A stretch of 12,014 nucleotides of DNA, taken from NCBI GenBank assembly GCA_040289575.1, contig PSLL01000003.1, forward strand, positions 20,976-32,989, in the 5' to 3' direction. Under the pieces are notes generated by a model. That model saw only the letters and a list, made by a program, of their open reading frames with translations, had not been told where the DNA came from and ran no database searches. Both the position numbers and the translations under genes were made by a program. This stretch comes from Candidatus Dadabacteria bacterium. GTDB taxonomy: Bacteria > Desulfobacterota_D > UBA1144 > Nemesobacterales > CSP1-2. This document shows, one piece after another, positions 6,573-12,014 of the stretch. Each line of letters begins with the position of its first letter. Position 1 is the stretch's first letter.

Positions 6573-7310
6573 ATGGAAAAGGAAAAAATGGAGAACCTTA
6601 GCGCTTCAATCATTACATCCGGACGTAGGGAAGTACCTATAGCTAACACAATTATTGTTTCGGATATTCATCTTGGCTCTGATATGAGCCGAGCCAGTGA
6701 GTTAATAGATGTTCTTGACTCTTGGAGTTTTGAAAAATTGATTCTGCTTGGAGATATATTTGATGATCTGAACTTTAAAAGACTGCGTCGTCTCCATTGG
6801 GATTTTCTATCTTATATAAGGCAAATATCAAAACATAAAGAAGTTGTGTGGGTCGAAGGAAATCATGACGAAGGTCTTGTAGAGGTAGTCCCATATTTAT
6901 TGGGTGTGAAGGCGTGTAAGGAATACGTATGGGAATATAATAGGAAAGTGTGTCTTGCAATACATGGACATCAATTTGATGATTTTATAATAAATAATGG
7001 CACAATTACTGAAATAGCCTGCCGCATTTATCGTTTGACTCAAAAGATAGATACGAAGGGTTTCTACATAAGTAAGCTTCTTAAAAGGACATCAAAGAGA
7101 TATTTAAGGTTATCTAATAAAGTAGCCGATGATGCTATCTGTTACAGTATGGCTAAAGGTGCTGACTACGTTTTTTGTAGTCATACGCATCAAGCGATCT
7201 CTAAGACTGTTGATGGCATTCACTATTTTAATAGTGGATGCTGGATAGATAGGCCATCTACGTACATAACAGTAGGTGAAGATGGGGTTAGGATACGAGA
7301 GGTTGAATAA
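6573..7310 (+). CDS. Calcineurin-like metallophosphoesterase of the LpxH/YbbF/PlcP group (probable PlcP-like phospholipase C)
   Basis: SDIHLG, LLGDIFD, GNHDE, IHGHQFD, CSHTH, YFNSGCW. GNHD rather than the GNRD of enterobacterial LpxH. Alternative start ATG 6588 after AAGGA. Confidence 0.88.
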   Translation: MEKEKMENLSASIITSGRREVPIANTIIVSDIHLGSDMSRASELIDVLDSWSFEKLILLGDIFDDLNFKRLRRLHWDFLSYIRQISKHKEVVWVEGNHDEGLVEVVPYLLGVKACKEYVWEYNRKVCLAIHGHQFDDFIINNGTITEIACRIYRLTQKIDTKGFYISKLLKRTSKRYLRLSNKVADDAICYSMAKGADYVFCSHTHQAISKTVDGIHYFNSGCWIDRPSTYITVGEDGVRIREVE

Positions 7311-7421
7311 TGTAGAAATAATTATCGGCTTTCGAAAAATGCGTTTGATTATAATGGCTTTGAATTCTCTACAGAATAGATATTCCAAGATAGCAAACAT
7401 CCCGTATATAGAATAGTAAAA

Positions 7422-8636
7422 ATGAGAATTCTCCTTGCAACCGATACATACTATCCTAGCACTAATGGGGCAGCTTACTTTACATTTCGATTGGCATATT
7501 ACTTAAGTAAGTTAAAGCACAATGTCTTTGTAATTGCTCCGTCAAGAACATTAAACAATACTGTCAATTCCACCGGTGGTATTACACTCTATGGTATTAG
7601 ATCTATTCCAGTGCCACTATATCCCGGCTTTCGCTTTTCGCCGCCATTGCTGACAAGAAAATATATCCGCGAAGTCATAAGAGGTATTAAGCCGGATATT
7701 ATCCATATACAGAATCATTTTGTGATTGGGAAGGCGGTGCTTGAGGTCGCTTGCGAGATCGGTATTCCAATTATAGGAACAAACCACTTTATGCCAGAGA
7801 ATTTGATACATCATCTCCATTTGCCGGACTTTTTAGAGAGGGGACTTAAAAGACTAGCATGGCGGCAGTTTGTTAAGGTATATAGCCAGCTTTCATTTGT
7901 TACTGCTCCTACGAAAACAGCAGCGGAATTGATGTATCGGCAGGGACTGACAAAAGAAGCAGTTGTGCTCTCCTGTGGTGTTGATTTAGAGCGTTTTAAT
8001 CCAGCTAATAATGGCACCTATCTTAAGGAACGGTATCACATCCCTGATCGACCAATTATCCTGTATGTTGGGAGATTGGATAAAGAAAAAAATATCGAGG
8101 TGATTCTCAGGGCAATGCCATTGATTCTTAAAAAAACTGATGCTCGGCTTGTTTTGGCTGGTATGGGTGCATTGCGAAATCACCTAGAGGGTATAGTGCA
8201 GCAACTGTCTCTCCACAATCACACAGTTTTTACGGGGTTTGTAGGTGATGAGGACCTACCTAATTTATATAGAATTGCCGATGTCTTTGTGATTGCAGGA
8301 ACAGCAGAACTGCAGAGCATTGTGACAATGGAGGCTATGGCTTCAGCACTTCCTGTAGTTGCGGTAGACGCAGTGGCTCTCCCTGAACTCATCCATCATG
8401 GGGAAAACGGATTTCTTTTTTCTGGTGGTAATAGCCAAGCGGTTGCAGAAAGGGTTACCTGCATCTTGACCAATGAGGGGTTAAGACGCAAGATGGGTCA
8501 AAAAAGCCTTTCTCTAATACAAGTCCATGACATCAATAGGGTGGTGAAGCAGTTTGAACAGTTGTATCAAATGGCCATAGAGGCTTATTCACATACATCG
8601 GGCAAGGGCAAGAAAGTTTCACAAGGGTTTTTCTAA
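7422..8636 (+). CDS. Glycosyltransferase family 4 (probable diacylglycerol glycosyltransferase)
   Basis: MRILLATDTYYPSTNGAA, PDIIHIQ, TNHFMPEN, LYVGRLDKEKN, ELQSIVTMEAMASALPVV (E-x7-E). Confidence 0.92.
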   Translation: MRILLATDTYYPSTNGAAYFTFRLAYYLSKLKHNVFVIAPSRTLNNTVNSTGGITLYGIRSIPVPLYPGFRFSPPLLTRKYIREVIRGIKPDIIHIQNHFVIGKAVLEVACEIGIPIIGTNHFMPENLIHHLHLPDFLERGLKRLAWRQFVKVYSQLSFVTAPTKTAAELMYRQGLTKEAVVLSCGVDLERFNPANNGTYLKERYHIPDRPIILYVGRLDKEKNIEVILRAMPLILKKTDARLVLAGMGALRNHLEGIVQQLSLHNHTVFTGFVGDEDLPNLYRIADVFVIAGTAELQSIVTMEAMASALPVVAVDAVALPELIHHGENGFLFSGGNSQAVAERVTCILTNEGLRRKMGQKSLSLIQVHDINRVVKQFEQLYQMAIEAYSHTSGKGKKVSQGFF

Positions 8637-8702
8637 TTCTGCATTGCATTTGATTGATGCGGTGGGTAACTCAGCAGACAGGTTGAAATTCAGAGGCGGT
8701 AG

Positions 8703-9329
8703 TTAAATTGCCTTGTATGTTTTCTTCCCTTGCTTTAGGCAACGGCTGAGCTCTATTGCATGCCAGAGCGATGGCACATTTGGTTGCCATTCGGGGAGTA
8801 TTGCAGTCATAGCGGTCAGCTCCATCTGTGCAATAACTAGAACGAATGTGGAGAGACGAAATGGCCAAGGGGATCCGCCCAAGATTAGGATGAGCGCGGT
8901 GCCGATTATGAGCACCGTCGAGAGCTTAGTACTCCAGGCATGATAGCTTATAAGTCGGCCGTATTTGAAGAATCCGAATGTAAGTGGAACGGTGGAAACC
9001 GCAATTATAGTGATTATAAACGGAGCTTCTCGTCGTATCGGATTTGGCCATAGCCACCACGCGCAAACTAAAATAGTTATGTTTGTTACAAAATCGCTCC
9101 AGCTATCCAACTTGGCTCCAAATTCCGATGCCTGGTTCAATTTCCTGGCAACAAATCCATCTGTGAGGTCTGAAAGCAGGGAGCAGCCAAGGAAAACTAG
9201 AAAAAGAGTATGCTCACCGATCCAGGCAAGGTATAGCAGTAGAGGGGCGATAACCAGTCGAAAACTGGTAATTAAAGTGGGTACGTTAACATAATTTCGA
9301 ATTATGACAATTAACTCTCTCAAAGGCAT
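8703..9329 (-). CDS. CDP-alcohol phosphatidyltransferase family protein (PgsA-like)
   Basis: SDLTDGFVARKLNQASEFGAKLDSWSD matches the family motif. Several hydrophobic segments. Exact start uncertain. Confidence 0.9.
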   Translation of the reverse strand: MPLRELIVIIRNYVNVPTLITSFRLVIAPLLLYLAWIGEHTLFLVFLGCSLLSDLTDGFVARKLNQASEFGAKLDSWSDFVTNITILVCAWWLWPNPIRREAPFIITIIAVSTVPLTFGFFKYGRLISYHAWSTKLSTVLIIGTALILILGGSPWPFRLSTFVLVIAQMELTAMTAILPEWQPNVPSLWHAIELSRCLKQGKKTYKAI

Positions 9330-9687
9330 TTCCCAATAGGATACCTAGTATGATCCCTTTACCTAAACGCATGTCGTACATTATTATAACCCATGGGCAT
9401 CCGATGCTAGAACGACTATTAATTCATACAACAATGGATATATCAAAATTGACTTTACCGACAGGCTCAAATTGTTATAGCCGACCACGCGGCTATTTGG
9501 CACAGCAAACGAACCCAGCCATAGTATGTCAATAATTGACAAAGGCATAAACACAATATTAAATACAATAAAGCTAGATTTGCTCTAAAATAGGGTGTTT
9601 TTAGTGGCTTTTTATGGGTTCTTAGGTAAGATTATACGTCTAAGGATAATTTAAAATTAGTCCATCATTGAGACTGGATTATCTTAT

Positions 9688-9763
9688 GGTGGGTGTAGCT
9701 CAGATTGGTCAGAGCGTCGGGTTGTGGCCCCGAAGGTCGCCGGTTCAAGTCCGGTCATCCACC
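9688..9763 (+). tRNA. tRNA-His(GTG)
   Basis: G-1 at 9688. Acceptor GTGGGTG/CATCCAC with discriminator C. Anticodon arm TCGGG-TTGTGGC-CCCGA (GTG at 9724-9726). T-loop TTCAAGT. Followed by CCT, so CCA is not fully encoded. Confidence 0.96.
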
Positions 9764-9787
9764 CCTCTCAAAAACCTTGACACTTCG

Positions 9788-10966
9788 CTACGTTCTGTAC
9801 TGTGCATTGAGCTTCAGATAATCCATAGTTATATCACTTGCGATTACGAAATAACTTGACTTTCCGCCTTTTAGGTCTAGCGTGATTGTGAAGCTAGGGC
9901 TTCTAAGGATATGGTTTACTCTGCTCTCGTCCATTATCTCCGCGCCGTTTTTTACGATCCTATGATCTCCAAAGTACAAGTCTACTTTTAATGGATCGAA
10001 TTTAACCCCGGCCCGACCTGCCGCCGCAAGCACTCGCCCCCAGTTTGCGTCCTCTCCGTAAAGGGCGGTTTTCACAAGGAGCGAAGAGCCGATTGTGCGT
10101 GAGATTTTCTCCGCGTCTTTTCTATTTTTTGCTCCTTTTACTATAATCCTCACGACCTTTGTCGCTCCTTCCCCATCACGCACAATCATCTCGGCAACCT
10201 CTGTGGTGAGTTCGGTAAGAGCCTTTTCGAGTTTTCTATAATTTTTATCTCCGACTTTTATCAGCCTGTTCTCCAATGTGCCGTTTGATAGCATGAGTAC
10301 CGTATCATTTGTAGACATATCACCGTCAACTATAATTCTATTAAATGAAACATCTACCGCGTTTTTAAGTGCAATTTTTTGGGCTTTCCGGTCAATGTTA
10401 ATGTCAGTGAGAATAAAGCAGAGCATTGTAGCCATATAGGGGGCAATCATTCCCGCTCCTTTTCCAATGGCGCAGATTGTTCCGGTTTTCCCGTCAACCC
10501 TGATTTGCGCTTCTGCGTACTTGGGAAACCTATCTGTTGTCATTATGGCTTCTGCAGTATTCGATAGTCCGTCTTCGCTTAACTCTGAGACTAGGTTGGG
10601 AATTGCGCTTTTAATCTTTTCCATATTTAAGTAAACCCCTATCACACCCGTTGATGAAGGAATAACAAGAGATTCATCAATCTTAAGCTCATTGGCTACG
10701 AGTTTTGCTGTAAGGTTTGCGTCCTTTAGACCCCTCTTTCCTGTGCCTACATTGGCGTTTCCGCTATTTATGACGATTGCCTGACAGTATCCGCTTTTTA
10801 CTCTTTCCATTCCTAAGAGGACAGGAGCTGCTTTTACAACGTTAGTCGTAAAAACCCCCGATACCTTTGCCGGAACCTTCGAAAATATAAGACCCAAGTC
10901 CTTTCTCCCATTCTTCTTTATACCCGAAGATATACCGCACCCAAGAAATCCCGGAACCTTAATCAT
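9788..10966 (-). CDS. argJ: Ornithine acetyltransferase / N-acetylglutamate synthase ArgJ
   Basis: INSGNAN, SSTGVIG, AIMTTD, KGAGMIAPYMATML, VDGDMSTND, RDGEGATK, DANWGR, C-terminal YRT. Confidence 0.97.
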   Translation of the reverse strand: MIKVPGFLGCGISSGIKKNGRKDLGLIFSKVPAKVSGVFTTNVVKAAPVLLGMERVKSGYCQAIVINSGNANVGTGKRGLKDANLTAKLVANELKIDESLVIPSSTGVIGVYLNMEKIKSAIPNLVSELSEDGLSNTAEAIMTTDRFPKYAEAQIRVDGKTGTICAIGKGAGMIAPYMATMLCFILTDINIDRKAQKIALKNAVDVSFNRIIVDGDMSTNDTVLMLSNGTLENRLIKVGDKNYRKLEKALTELTTEVAEMIVRDGEGATKVVRIIVKGAKNRKDAEKISRTIGSSLLVKTALYGEDANWGRVLAAAGRAGVKFDPLKVDLYFGDHRIVKNGAEIMDESRVNHILRSPSFTITLDLKGGKSSYFVIASDITMDYLKLNAQYRT

Positions 10967-11684
10967 TCTTTATCTCCTCTAAAAATTTATATGACCTAAT
11001 CTCCTTTCCCGTGTGATACTCGGTGAATTTTATTAGGAATTTTATATAGTCAAAAGACGTTTCTAAATCCCGGTTTGAGAAATCTATTAAATCCCTTTGT
11101 ATAAGAAGACCCTTCGGCACCCTAAATCCATTCGGCTCATTCTTTCTGCAGCCGTTGCAGAGGATACCGCCTTTTTGGATGCTAAAGAAGGCATCTCCTT
11201 CTATCGAGTCTCCACATCTTGCACAGATGCAGACATCGAAATCCGGTTTATATCCGGATAGAGAAAGGGCGGAGAGTTGAAATTTTATAACTACAGACAA
11301 AGGGCTTTTCTTGGAGTTTAAATCGGATAGGGCTTGAACCAGAATCTCAAACATCTTTTCATTGGGTTCCTCTTCGGGAATAAGGGCGTCTATGTTCTCT
11401 AGGATAAAACTCCCCCATGTAAAAAGTCCTATATCTTCCATAAGAGACAAGAACACTTCTACAGTCTCTGAGTCATCAATAAACTTCATCTTACCTGGTC
11501 TCTCGTGAAACCTCACACGTAGATGCACAAACGGCTCAAGCCTTCCTCCGAACCGCTTTCTACTCTTTTTTGCATTTTTTGCAAGTCCCCTTATCTTTCC
11601 AAAATCCTTGGTGAGGAGAATAAGTATATAATCTGCCTCACCGTGCTCGATTTTACGAATGAGAAACGCTTCAGAGGCTTTCAT
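10959..11684 (-). CDS. recO: DNA repair protein RecO
   Basis: GEADYILILLTKDFGKIRGLAKNAKKSRKRFGGRLEPF and zinc finger CARC...GGILCNGC. Its stop overlaps the argJ start by 8 nt. Confidence 0.95.
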   Translation of the reverse strand: MKASEAFLIRKIEHGEADYILILLTKDFGKIRGLAKNAKKSRKRFGGRLEPFVHLRVRFHERPGKMKFIDDSETVEVFLSLMEDIGLFTWGSFILENIDALIPEEEPNEKMFEILVQALSDLNSKKSPLSVVIKFQLSALSLSGYKPDFDVCICARCGDSIEGDAFFSIQKGGILCNGCRKNEPNGFRVPKGLLIQRDLIDFSNRDLETSFDYIKFLIKFTEYHTGKEIRSYKFLEEIKND

Positions 11685-11701
11685 TGGGTTTATTAAATAC
11701 T

Positions 11702-11822
11702 TTTAGCCACGAATATAAGAAATCAGGATACAGAATACAAGAAACAGAAAACAGGATATATGGACTTAAGGTTTTTCCCTTTATTTTTCTGTTTGTATAT
11801 ATTCGTGTCCATTTGTGGCGAA
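11702..11822. repeat. Palindromic intergenic repeat (copy 2) enclosing heptamer tandem repeats
   Basis: TTTAGCCACGAATA (11702-11715) ... TATTCGTGTCCATTTGTGGCGAA (11800-11822). Inside are CAGGATA CAGAATA CAAGAAA CAGAAAA CAGGATA (11724-11758). Confidence 0.75.
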
Positions 11823-11829
11823 TTAATCT

Positions 11830-12014
11830 TTAAAAAATAACCGTAGCAATAAGTAGATAAACAATTGACCCAAAAATATCGTTAAACATTGTAACAAAAG
11901 GGCCGCAGGCCGCAGCCGGATCGAATTTTAGTTTATGTAAGACAAGCGGTTCAGCCGCCCCCATAAATGCGGTTGCAATGGTCGCGGAAGACATAGCTAT
12001 AAAAATGGAAAGTG
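11830..12014 (-). CDS. mgtE: Magnesium transporter MgtE, C-terminal fragment (5' end outside the window)
   Basis: Manual translation LSIFIAMSSATIATAFMGAAEPLVLHKLKFDPAAACGPFVTMFNDIFGSIVYLLIATVIF* resembles the MgtE DPA..SGPF.T...D..G motif. Stop at 11832-11830. Missed by the ORF track. Confidence 0.88.
   Translation of the reverse strand, partial: LSIFIAMSSATIATAFMGAAEPLVLHKLKFDPAAACGPFVTMFNDIFGSIVYLLIATVIF

Noticed and set aside
8661..8675. GGTGGGTAACTCAGC resembles the tRNA-His 5' end, a possible att remnant
   Set aside because: The match is short and gapped, no cloverleaf follows, and att duplications normally involve the tRNA 3' part.
9350..9535. 61-aa ORF and small hairpin ATAGCCG/CGGCTAT
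   Set aside because: No SD and no recognisable motif. I cannot support it as a gene or an integrase remnant.
9668..9859. 63-aa ORF in the track
   Set aside because: It is a shadow of tRNA-His and the antisense of the argJ 3' end.
11900..11990. GC-rich foldable segment that looked like a structured RNA
   Set aside because: It translates cleanly on the minus strand as the MgtE C-terminus; Ala/Gly/Pro codons explain the pairing.

Overview
Bacterial chromosomal window. The flanks are housekeeping. On the left are an MdlB-type ABC exporter half, a cyclase/kynurenine-formamidase-family gene, tRNA-Pro(TGG) and tRNA-Arg(TCT). On the right are tRNA-His(GTG) and a converging mgtE(3' end)-recO-argJ run. 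The ~6.3 kb between tRNA-Arg and tRNA-His holds an MDR-family oxidoreductase, a frameshifted osmC, a DUF355 adenosine-kinase-family gene and a candidate phosphate-starvation lipid-remodelling module (PlcP-like metallophosphoesterase, GT4 glycosyltransferase, converging CDP-alcohol phosphatidyltransferase). The most interesting signal is the apparently empty 5795-6572 gap. It has two back-to-back arrays of 11-bp-phased TTAACA-like direct repeats (Pho-box/OmpR-family architecture). The minus-strand array precedes a predicted ~85-nt C/U-rich sRNA with its own terminator. The plus-strand array precedes an unannotated 55-aa membrane microprotein and the plcP-GT4 genes. At least three families of small palindromic intergenic repeats occur, some nested. 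All calls are by eye, with no database searches.
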